In this document: positions 30,263 through 39,600 of the stretch, in pieces | Numbering within the stretch: position 1 is the stretch's first letter | Layout of the letters: each line of letters begins with the position of its first letter | Source: Armatimonadota bacterium | GTDB lineage: Bacteria > Armatimonadota > SYMT01 | Assembly (NCBI GenBank): GCA_041690135.1 | Contig: JAWLHY010000008.1 | Coordinates: 256,001-320,000, forward strand | Reading direction: 5' to 3' | Length of the DNA: 64,000 nucleotides | Notes under the pieces: model-generated | Database searches by the model: none | What the model saw: only the letters and a program-made list of their open reading frames with translations | Told to the model about the DNA's origin: nothing | Position numbers and translations under genes: made by a program

Positions 30263-31992
30263 TGCCCCGAGGGAAGCGGCTCCAGCACCTTGCGGGTCTG
30301 CTGAATGGCCGTCCGCAGACCGGGAACATCGTGCGGGGCGCGCTTGGGTCTTGAGAAGAGGTCGGACAGTATGTTCCACCAGTTGTATTCTTCGATGTAG
30401 ACCAGGTCGAAAAGCATCACTCCCTGGCTGTTCTGCGTCGCGGCCAGCAAAGCCTTGCGGAATTCATCCGGTTTTCCGTAATAGTCCAGAACCTGGATTC
30501 CCGCGTAGAGGAACGTCGCGTCGTTGATGGCCTTCAGCGAGAGTTGGGCGGCTGCTTCGACGGTTCGTTCTTCGTCTTCGCCCAATTGCCGCGCGTCGTC
30601 TCGGCTTGAGGTGCGGTAGTAGCAACCCGTGGTGAGCCAATCCACCTTCCGCGCATAACCCGTGGACGGGTAGGTGGGCGTCATCCAATCGTAACCGGCC
30701 ACGAAATCTTCCGCGCCCCAGTTCACACCGACCCCGAAATACTCCTCGTACCAGGAGCCGACGTAAGCCGCGAGTGCCAGCCCGGGGCGACTGCGCTGCA
30801 CCACCTCTCGCGCCTCTTCGACAAACCGGGTGATATTGCGTGCCCGCCATTCGAGCCATTCTTTGAAGTAGGGCCCGCGGACGATCGGACGACCCGGGAT
30901 GGCGTCGTACGTGTAGATATCCTGGGGAAAGTTCTCCACTTTCTTTCCCAGGTACTCTTCGAACTGCTGGCGCGAGAGCGGCGAGAAATCGGTGCGAAGG
31001 CTGGAATAGCGCATGCGGTCGAGCACGATGCCGTCGAGCGCGTAATCGTTCGCCAGCTCCCGGATAATGCTGAGCAGGTAAGCGCGTGCCTCCGGGTGCG
31101 ACGGATTTACGAATCCGCCCACCCGCTCGGAAGGCGCTTCCAGAATGGGCTGCAGCACTTCCTTGCCCGTAAACGTCAGCGGTTGGCCCACTTCCACGTG
31201 TTCCAGCAGCCAGCGAGCCCCGGTTCCGCGACCCACCAGTAGATAACCATCGGAAGGCACGGTGAGGCGTCCCAGCTCGGTGAGACCGCCATCCACCAGC
31301 GCCGTCACCCGGTTGCCCTCCACCACCACCGCCGCGTCTTCGGGGCCGAGCACCTTGGTTTGCTGGTGTGCCGGCGTGTAAACGACGAGCTCGTCCTTTT
31401 CAGGGCCCTGGTTCTCACCGACCGCCAGGGGGGCGGAAGCGCCACTCGGAGTGTAGACGGTTCGCTGGATGTCGTAGACGATCGCCTGCCACTCCGGCCG
31501 TTCATACAGCGGACCGGATTTCAGCAACTTGTGAGCATCGCTGAAGACGTTGATGCCCGCATAGACCCGAATGCCCCGCCGGCGCCCCTCCAACATGGCC
31601 ATCAGCAGAAGATCGTGGCCCGGCGGATAGGCAAACCCCTTCCACTCCTGCAGACGCGGGGCGATCTTGCTGTTGTACAGGACGTGCCCGCTCAAGGGTT
31701 TGACGTCCACGACAACCGTGTTGATGTTGGCGTCCCGGCACTTCTGAAAGATCTCGGACACGCCTTCCGGGGTGGACAGCTTCACCAGGTTCGCCGTCCC
31801 ATCCATCCACATTACCCGGCCCTCCAGGTTGGCCTGGCGAGTGATGGCGGTGGTGAGATTGGCGATGCGGGCGTTCTTCATGGCAGCGGTTTCTTCGGCC
31901 GCGAAGGCGCTATCCACGACCTGCAGGCCCAACCCAAGCGCGAACAGCCCGGCGGCCAGGGCGCGAGTCGCAGTGAAACGTGACCGCCACAT
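30259..31992 (-). CDS. Glycosyl hydrolase-like 10 (GHL10/DUF187, YddW-like) secreted protein
   Basis: EGRVMW, INTVVVDVK, G-x-VLY-x-S, NP-x-HPE, Y-x-LDGI-x-LD-x-x-RY, W-x-x-WR; start set at ATG 31992. Confidence 0.85.
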   Translation of the reverse strand: MWRSRFTATRALAAGLFALGLGLQVVDSAFAAEETAAMKNARIANLTTAITRQANLEGRVMWMDGTANLVKLSTPEGVSEIFQKCRDANINTVVVDVKPLSGHVLYNSKIAPRLQEWKGFAYPPGHDLLLMAMLEGRRRGIRVYAGINVFSDAHKLLKSGPLYERPEWQAIVYDIQRTVYTPSGASAPLAVGENQGPEKDELVVYTPAHQQTKVLGPEDAAVVVEGNRVTALVDGGLTELGRLTVPSDGYLLVGRGTGARWLLEHVEVGQPLTFTGKEVLQPILEAPSERVGGFVNPSHPEARAYLLSIIRELANDYALDGIVLDRMRYSSLRTDFSPLSRQQFEEYLGKKVENFPQDIYTYDAIPGRPIVRGPYFKEWLEWRARNITRFVEEAREVVQRSRPGLALAAYVGSWYEEYFGVGVNWGAEDFVAGYDWMTPTYPSTGYARKVDWLTTGCYYRTSSRDDARQLGEDEERTVEAAAQLSLKAINDATFLYAGIQVLDYYGKPDEFRKALLAATQNSQGVMLFDLVYIEEYNWWNILSDLFSRPKRAPHDVPGLRTAIQQTRKVLEPLPSGQ

Positions 31993-31997
31993 CCCGC

Positions 31998-33872
31998 TCA
32001 CGAGCGGACCACCAGCGAGACCGGGTAAGCCGAACCGCCCGCGGGAATTCCCTGAATCCGCACCTTTCGGCGCTGCTGCGGCGCCAGCTTGACCGACCAG
32101 AGCACTGCCTCCGACGGCGGAGCCACCTGGGGTGCCTCGATTAACTTCCCGTCGATCAGGAACGCCCCACGAGCCCAACCTGCTTCCGGCGCCAGCACGA
32201 TGCGGACCGTCTTCTCCTCGTCCGTGGGATTGCTGAGATCCACGTTGATGTCGTACATCACTCCGTAATTGCCGAAGAGCTTGCGGTTGACGCGCCGGCC
32301 GGTTATCGCCTGGCGCCCCATGTGCACGAATGTCCAGCGGTCACCCACCGCGTACTTGTATTCCAGGTCCTTGGTAGGGGCGGGATAGGTGTGCGGTTCG
32401 GAACTGGCGACCTCGACCAGGTCTTCCCGGAGTTCCGGGGCGCTTATTTCGGTGAGGGCGCGGATTTGCGCTACCAGGGAGCCGCCGCTCACCACGCGGA
32501 AGTTGTAGATCCCCGACACGGTATCGAGGTGCGGCATCCGCGCGACATAGACCAGGCGGGAGCTGCGCGCCGGGATTCGGGTGACGTAACCCACGTCCTC
32601 CGCCACGGCGCTGAGATAGCGCTGGGCGGCGCGATGGCCCGCCTGAAGAGGATCGATGAACGGGCCGGCGTCCGCTTCGATCACCTGCACGTCGACCGGA
32701 GCGTCGTCCGGGTTGGTCAGGTGGATCTGGAAGGTGAAGGCCCGGCCCATCCGGTTCTGATGGTGGAACAGGAGGCGAACCGGCGCGCGATGATCCACCA
32801 GCCCCTCATAGAGAGTGCCGTACTCGCGGACACTTTCCGGATCGTTGGAATAGAGCAGTGTGCCGGCTTCCTGCCGGGGGAGCACGATGTTCGCGACCCG
32901 GACGCGCGCCGTGGTCTTGTTCGTCAGGAGACCCTCACCCGAAATGGTGACCGGATAACTCACCTCGACGGAATCACCACGACCGATCGCCCGGGCGCCC
33001 TCCGCTGGCCCCGAAATCTTTACGCTGGCTCCGGGTTGCCGTTCCACCCCTTCCAGGGCACGCTCCGCCGCCACCTTGCGGACCAGCGAAACAGGTGCCA
33101 CACTGCCGGTAACCGAGGCTTCCGGAACCGAGCTCACGCGGCCGGCGTACTTTTTCACAGTGACGGTAAAGCCGGTCTCTACTCCCCCGCGTACGACCCG
33201 CACCACCGCGGAGCCGACCGACACCCCACGGACTTCCACGGCCGCCTTGCCCTCCACCGGCTGGGCGAGCACGGCATCCCCTTCCGTCCGGACGGTGATG
33301 GGTCCTTCGGCGGTGCCACGGAGAACGACTTCCCGCGTTTCCTCAAGCGGAACGGTGACGGCAGGGTCCGCCGCGAGCGTCGCCTTACGTGAGGATTTCC
33401 GCGCCGGGGTGGTCTTCGCCGATTTGGCGGGCCTCGTAGCTTTCTCACCGTTCTTCGCCGCGACCTTTTTTCCCGGACCAAGTGCGGCTTTCAGGTTGAC
33501 CGCCCACCGCTCTGCGGTCGCGCGCGGCTTCTCTTTGCGCTCCTTGGCCTCTTCCGGCGTGGCGATCATCAACAACATACCGCCGAGGTAAACGGCCGAG
33601 TTCTCACCCCGGTCACGGACTTCTACCGCCTCCCGTCCCAGGTCGTCCCCGAGGAGCAAGGTCCGCAGACGTTCCGCCGCCAGGTTGGCCCGGCCTTCCG
33701 GGGACAGGCTTCCGTTCGGTGTGCGGAAGGCCGCGATCAACTGACCGCCAACATACAGCTTCACGCCCGTCTTGCTTGGTTGAACCTTGACAGCAGGGGC
33801 GGCGGCGGCAGGAACAACGGGGAAGAAGAGGGCGGCAAGTAGGGACAGGAATACGGCTTGGCCTCGTCTCAT
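31998..33872 (-). CDS. Secreted multidomain protein of unknown function
   Basis: Signal peptide; N-terminal RA-x-x-x-AERL...AERWA-x-NL domain; Lys/Ala linker; Ig-like middle; C-terminal YSNDPE...GNYGV-x-Y domain. Confidence 0.8.
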   Translation of the reverse strand: MRRGQAVFLSLLAALFFPVVPAAAAPAVKVQPSKTGVKLYVGGQLIAAFRTPNGSLSPEGRANLAAERLRTLLLGDDLGREAVEVRDRGENSAVYLGGMLLMIATPEEAKERKEKPRATAERWAVNLKAALGPGKKVAAKNGEKATRPAKSAKTTPARKSSRKATLAADPAVTVPLEETREVVLRGTAEGPITVRTEGDAVLAQPVEGKAAVEVRGVSVGSAVVRVVRGGVETGFTVTVKKYAGRVSSVPEASVTGSVAPVSLVRKVAAERALEGVERQPGASVKISGPAEGARAIGRGDSVEVSYPVTISGEGLLTNKTTARVRVANIVLPRQEAGTLLYSNDPESVREYGTLYEGLVDHRAPVRLLFHHQNRMGRAFTFQIHLTNPDDAPVDVQVIEADAGPFIDPLQAGHRAAQRYLSAVAEDVGYVTRIPARSSRLVYVARMPHLDTVSGIYNFRVVSGGSLVAQIRALTEISAPELREDLVEVASSEPHTYPAPTKDLEYKYAVGDRWTFVHMGRQAITGRRVNRKLFGNYGVMYDINVDLSNPTDEEKTVRIVLAPEAGWARGAFLIDGKLIEAPQVAPPSEAVLWSVKLAPQQRRKVRIQGIPAGGSAYPVSLVVRS

Positions 33873-34083
33873 GCGGACTTATTACCTCCAGGAGCAGCGC
33901 CTGAGCATGGTATCAGAGGCTCCAGGGTGATTCAAGGAAGGGACTGTGACCCCGGCGCCGGGTACTTCCAATTCCGGATAGTCGGTCGAAAGCGGCCCAA
34001 TACTCCTGTCGCTGCCGCCTCGGGATTGCGTTGACACCCGCAGGAAGCAGCCGTATCATTCCCGCATCTTCGGAAACCCGCGC

Positions 34084-34836
34084 ATGCCTGATACCACCCC
34101 CAACCAGTTTACGGAGGTCGCCGAGATCTACGACAGCCTGATGTCGGTGGTCCCGTACAAGTGGTGGGTCGATTATGTGGAGGACCTGTGGGACCACTTC
34201 GATGTCGATCCGCGACGGGTGCTGGACCTGGCTTGTGGTACGGGCAGCGTGAGCCGGGAGTTGCTCCGCCGCGGCTATGAAGTGGCCGGTGTGGACCTCA
34301 GTGAACCGATGCTGGCGGTCGCGCGGAAGCGCCTGGGGCCCGGAGTGCCGTTGTGGGCGCAGAATATGCGGGATCTGGACCTGCCGGTTCCGCCGTTTGA
34401 CGCCTGTGTCAGCCTGTTCGATAGTCTCAACTACCTGCTTTCTCTCTCGGAGCTCCGCAGCGCGTTCTCCGCGGTCCGGCGGCATCTGATCGTCGGGGGG
34501 GCATTCGTGTTCGATATGAATGCGATTCGCGCCCTGGAGACGGGCATGTTCAACCAGACCGGAACAGGGAAAGACGATAGCGTACGTTTTGAATGGCACA
34601 GCGCCTGGGAGCCGTTATCACGCCTGTGCACGATCCAGATGGAGTTCAGGGTACGCGGTCGGGAGGGGGACCGGGTGTTCCATGAAACCCACGTCCAGAA
34701 GGGTTACACCCAGTTTGAGATCTCGCAGTCCCTGCAAGAGGTGGGCTTCGAAGTGCTGGGGGTGTTCGACGCCTTTACCATGGACCCGCCGAACGGGAAG
34801 ACCGACCGGTTCTACTTTGTGGCGCGCTCGAAGTAG
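34084..34836 (+). CDS. Class I SAM-dependent methyltransferase
   Basis: YDSLM-x-x-VPY; VLDLACGTG; GVDLS-x-x-ML; DSLNYL; FVFDMN. Confidence 0.93.
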   Translation: MPDTTPNQFTEVAEIYDSLMSVVPYKWWVDYVEDLWDHFDVDPRRVLDLACGTGSVSRELLRRGYEVAGVDLSEPMLAVARKRLGPGVPLWAQNMRDLDLPVPPFDACVSLFDSLNYLLSLSELRSAFSAVRRHLIVGGAFVFDMNAIRALETGMFNQTGTGKDDSVRFEWHSAWEPLSRLCTIQMEFRVRGREGDRVFHETHVQKGYTQFEISQSLQEVGFEVLGVFDAFTMDPPNGKTDRFYFVARSK

Positions 34837-35032
34837 GCCCCAAAGCGGCACCTTCGTCTCACCTCTTCCGGCGGGGAAGGGGAAATCCGACTTAGGCGCC
34901 GAACCTGATCGTGAGACAGCGGACCGTGACTGTTCTCTGTCGCCCGCCCGACACGGCGAACCGATGTTCATCGAACGAAAATCGGCATCCGATCCATCCT
35001 TATCTTTGTCTTCATCCATCCCGGGAGTTTGA

Positions 35033-35665
35033 TTGATGTCCACGCAGCCACAGGTGAACGTCGCGGCCCTCTGGAAACACATCGCCGACCAGATGAAGAA
35101 CCAGGAGATGCGTCCCAGTCTCTGGCACGCCCTGGAAGCCGCTCGGCCGCTTACCATCGAGAATGACGAGTTTGTCATCGGGTTTGCGGGAGAAGCGGCT
35201 CCGCAGGCCGGCATCCTCAACGAAAACCGGTACCGGAACATGATGGAGCAGCTTCTCGAGGCAGCGACCCGGCGCCGGCTGCGCCTCCGCTACATCAGCG
35301 GCGACACCCTTCAGGATTGGGACGCGGAGAAAGCGCGCGTGGCGGAGGCCGCGCGGCTGCAGGAGCAGTCCCGCCAGAAGATCCAGTTGGAGCAGCAGGC
35401 GGGAACGAGTTGGGAAGCCGTCACTGAGAATCTGATCCGCCAGTGGGGCGAGCTTCCGGGACGCAGCTTCGCGAGCGTGCAGGGACGGTTCCTGGAAACC
35501 GCCATAGCGGGGTTGGTAGAAGCTTATGGGCGCCTGATGCCGGCCAAGCCGACCGAGGCGGACGAGCGCACCTATTCTCGAGCCCTGGAGCGCATCGGCG
35601 ACCGGATCGGGGTACCCGCCGCTGTGATCGGGTACCACGTCCACCTCAAGCTCAAAAAGTCCTAA
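35033..35665 (+). CDS. Hypothetical protein with an N-terminal domain resembling DnaA domain I/DciA
   Basis: ALWKHIADQMK...LW-x-ALEAARPLTIENDEFVIGF...LEAATRRRLRLRYI, then coiled coil and helical C-terminus. Confidence 0.72.
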   Translation: MMSTQPQVNVAALWKHIADQMKNQEMRPSLWHALEAARPLTIENDEFVIGFAGEAAPQAGILNENRYRNMMEQLLEAATRRRLRLRYISGDTLQDWDAEKARVAEAARLQEQSRQKIQLEQQAGTSWEAVTENLIRQWGELPGRSFASVQGRFLETAIAGLVEAYGRLMPAKPTEADERTYSRALERIGDRIGVPAAVIGYHVHLKLKKS

Positions 35666-36387
35666 TTTCCGAGACCCTCGTAGTTCGGGTCGTTCCGGTA
35701 TTTTCCAAGGCGGAGTTCATCGCGAAAGTGTTTGAACTCCGCCTTCGCTGCCTTTGCGATGTCGCTGGCAAGTTTCCAGTTGAAACCCGCGTTGATACCG
35801 GAAGAGACCACCGGGATGGCGCGCAGAATCGTGCCCCGGGTCAACCGGATTCCGATAATGCGGCCGATGAGCAAGATGATGCGCATCAGCCATTTCGAGC
35901 GCGTGGCGGCGGAACGGATCGCCGTGGTGACCGCACTGAGGGTCACCGCCTCTCCCGACTTGAAGCCAGCTTGGCCGAGGTTGGCGTTCAGGTAGGCCTG
36001 CAGAATCATGACCTTGTTCCGGCCGGAACGGGCGTCGGGATCGGGATCGAAACCGTAAGCGGCGGCGATTCCGGTCACCATCCGCAGGGTGCCCGTTACG
36101 AACTGCAGCGCATCTGGGACCGCGGTGATTAGACCCCCAAAACCGGCAGCCGCACCCAGCGAGGCGACGGTAACGCGGCAGTTCTGAATGTGCTGGTCGG
36201 CAAGGTCGTCCATCAGGAAGAAGGGCGCGAGCCGCTGGTACTCCTCCCAGGTGGCGAAGTCGGTGTCGGTGCCCCGGGCCGCCGCGGACTTCAGAACGCT
36301 CTCCTTCCGGACAGCCACCTGGTCGTAAATGACGTTGACCGCCGAACTGACGGCGGTTGCGATCGGACCCTCATGCTCGGTTGCCAT
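35662..36387 (-). CDS. EcsC family protein
   Basis: GAAAGFGG-x-x-x-x-x-PD; LRMV-x-x-IA-x-x-YGFD; AIPVVSSGI-x-AGFN. Confidence 0.82.
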   Translation of the reverse strand: MATEHEGPIATAVSSAVNVIYDQVAVRKESVLKSAAARGTDTDFATWEEYQRLAPFFLMDDLADQHIQNCRVTVASLGAAAGFGGLITAVPDALQFVTGTLRMVTGIAAAYGFDPDPDARSGRNKVMILQAYLNANLGQAGFKSGEAVTLSAVTTAIRSAATRSKWLMRIILLIGRIIGIRLTRGTILRAIPVVSSGINAGFNWKLASDIAKAAKAEFKHFRDELRLGKYRNDPNYEGLGN

Positions 36388-36601
36388 CAGGCGGCCTTTC
36401 TATCTATTCACCAGCAGGCGACTGCGGTCGCAAGCTGGAAAGGCACGAAGTCGGCACCCACACCACTCGTAGGTACCCGGGCGTGTACCTGCGCCGACGG
36501 GGATTGTTGCCCCACATCTTGCCGCAGTACCGGTGCGGCATTTGAGTGAAAGGATCCGGTGGGGAGCAACTGCGCTGTCCCCACCAGAACACATAACCAA
36601 C

Positions 36602-39600
36602 CTACTTTACGGCGAACAGCCCGCGAAGGCGCTGCAGGAACGGATCGAAGAAGGCCATGACCGCCCCCATGACCTTTTGCTGGTTTTCGGACCACCGCTT
36701 GAGGATCAGGTACCCCTCATCCTGCGGAAGGTAGCGACGCCCTCCCTGGTGGCCGTCCTCGGTGCCGTCCTGCACGTTCAAGGGCTTGCGCAGGATCTTG
36801 CTCTTCTCCACATCTTTCAGGTTCACGCGAGCCTGCGTCTCCCGGTAGTTGAAGAGCAGGTCCTGCGCCGAAAGGTAGCCCACCTCGTCCACCGGCTTGA
36901 GGAAGAAAGAAGGCACTCGCCCCGGGACCCCGTGGCAGCCGATGCACGCCGCCTGGTCCGACCGCTTCACGCGCACGAACTCCGGCATCACGTAATCGCG
37001 GAAGTAGGTGAGGTCCTCCAGGAATACCGGATTGACCTTGCCGTCGGAGGTCAACCAGTTCCCCGCCTTCTTCTCGGCTTTGAGCGCCGCCACCAGGTCG
37101 GGAACGAAACGCTCGGAGCCCTGCTTCACTACGTTTTCCGCGATCCGCAGGAGTTGTCCATCCTTTTCGTATTTGGAGACTCCGGTCAAGGCCAGCAAAA
37201 CTTCCGGGTTCTTGCGGACCGCCGTCGCGTTCGAAATGCGGATCGCCGCGGCCCGGGTCTGCGGAAGCGCCTTCTCGGACAGGGCATCCAGGTAAAGCTG
37301 AAGTGCTCGGTCCTTAACGATCAGCCCCGGGTCCGGAGGCGCCGCTTTGTCGCCGGGTTTCATCGGCTCGGTACCGACTTCGGGCAGGGCCAGTTTGTGC
37401 TCCAAAATCCACGGCACGCTGCGAATCCAGAAGTGCTGTTCCAGGGGGTTCTTGAATTTCGCAGGGAAGTACTTCTGGAAGACAATCTCCTGGTGCAGGT
37501 CCGGGTTGTCGGCCATCACCTGGCCCAGCTTGTCCGCCAGGTACCATGCGGCGTCCATCTCCCGCTCCAACTCCGCCCGCTTCGCCTGGTCCGCCGTCGC
37601 GGCGATCTCCGCGGGCGAGACGTACCGATCCAGGCGCGGAACCATAAGGTCGAAGAAGTGCCGCTGCTGCTCCAGATCCGCGGGGATGACCCAGGTCACG
37701 GAACTGAAGACTTTGATCACCGGGTCGGAGAGGTTGGCCCGGCGGGAGGGCTCATTGGCGCCGCGTCGCACCTGCTGGATCAGCGGTTCCACCAGTTCGG
37801 TGGCCGCCTGGAGCATCGCGGAGCGAGGGTCGGACACAGCCGCGGCGGCGGTCTGTCGGAGTTCTTCCGGCGCCTTCAGGGCGTAGTCGATCAGGTACTC
37901 CTGAAGTGGCCGGTGGGGGACGTTGGCCGCCCCTTCCAGGCCTGCCCGGATCACTGGCGTTTGGCCGGCGGGGATGGCATCCCGCAGGTAGACGAGTGCC
38001 GCCTGCCCCATCAGAGCGCCGGCGCCGGGCGTGGTGTAGCCAAGTTGCCCGGGCCCACCATCTCCGCCCGCCGTCTGGTAGAAGGTCCCCGCGATGGCGA
38101 CGAGCCGCTTGGCCAGCAGATCCTTGGCACCCGGCGCACTCTTTTCGAGGCGTTCTCGGAGCGCTTCGAAGAGGGTTGCCAGTTCCTTGTACTGGTGCTT
38201 ATCCGAGCCATTCGCCTTGTGCCCATTGACGATGAATAGGGCCTGGCTGGAGTAGCGGTTACTGTTTTCCACCAACGCGTTCGGCTCCGAGCGCTCCAGC
38301 ATTCGGATCCAGGCCTGGTTCAGCGCGGCGCGGACCGGCGGGTTCCAGATCCACCACTGCCATGCAGCCTTAGCGGCCCACGCCCGCACGGCCGGATGTG
38401 GATCATCGTTCATTGCGCGTGCCAGGCTGCGGGTGAAGCGGTTCCAATCCAGCCTTGCCTGCGGCATAACCGCATCCGCCCGCATCCCCAACACCTGTGC
38501 CATACTTTCCCGGCTGTAGTCGTCGCCTTTCTCCAGGGCCGCCAGGACGGGACCCCAGCCTTCGTCGTTAAGCAAGGACTGCCGCATCGCCCAGACGGCG
38601 GCATCCCGCACCGGTTTGGCGCGGTCCTTCAGGGCGCTCATCAACACCGGCACGCCCGCCGCATCGTGGACCAGACCCAGGCCCACCACGCCCCAGTAGC
38701 GAACCAGGGTGTTCGAATGGCGTGCATAGCCGCGCATCAGGTCGGCGAACGTCGGATCGCCGGTGAGGGCCACAGCCTGGGCTTTGCGCAGGGTGGAGAG
38801 GATCGGCTCTCCCGCTTGTGGAGCGAATTCCGCTCGCTTTGGCACATAGGCCGGCACGGGGTAGAGTCGCCCGAGGGCATTGAGGACATACGCGGTAGGT
38901 ACGAAGCCGGTAATGGAAGCGCGGTTCCATCGCCCGTTCGCGTCCTGGACCTTCAGGAGCCAATGCACCGCTTTGGCAATCGCTGGATCGTCATTTCCAT
39001 GCCCCACAGCCGTGAGCGCGCTGATGGCGAGGGAAGTGGGGGAGGGATCCCCGACCTTCTCACCGCCCTTCCAGGTCTTCCCACCGTCGGGCGAGGAACC
39101 GGGACTGAAGCCCCACGAACCGTCCTCATTCTGGATCTGGCGCAGGCGGGCTTCATCCGCCACAAGCTGCGTCTTCACTTGCTCCACGAATTTGCGGGCC
39201 TCTTCGGAGTTGCCTTTCACGGGCAGGTTCGCGGCCTTCTCAGCCCTGGCCGCCTTCTCGGTTTCCGTCAAGTAGTCCTTGATGGGGAACACACGGCCGA
39301 AGAAGTCCATTCGCACTGCCACGTCGTCGGTGTAGACGGCATTGTGGGCCAGAACCTGTCGCGCCCGCTCCTCAATGGGACGGAAGTATTTGGTATCGCC
39401 GGTCCGCTTCCAGGCGGTGTAGAGGATCTCCGCGGCAAAGAGCTTGACGATGTTCTGGCCGACGTTCGAACCCTTGCCGGCTGCATTGATCCCGCCCGGG
39501 TCGGCTGTCTGGAGGACGAAGTTGGCCGTGCGGATCTGCTGCTTGGAGTGCAGCTTTTTGGGCGACGTGATCCGCTCCGCGTTGACGATGTTGAAACCGG

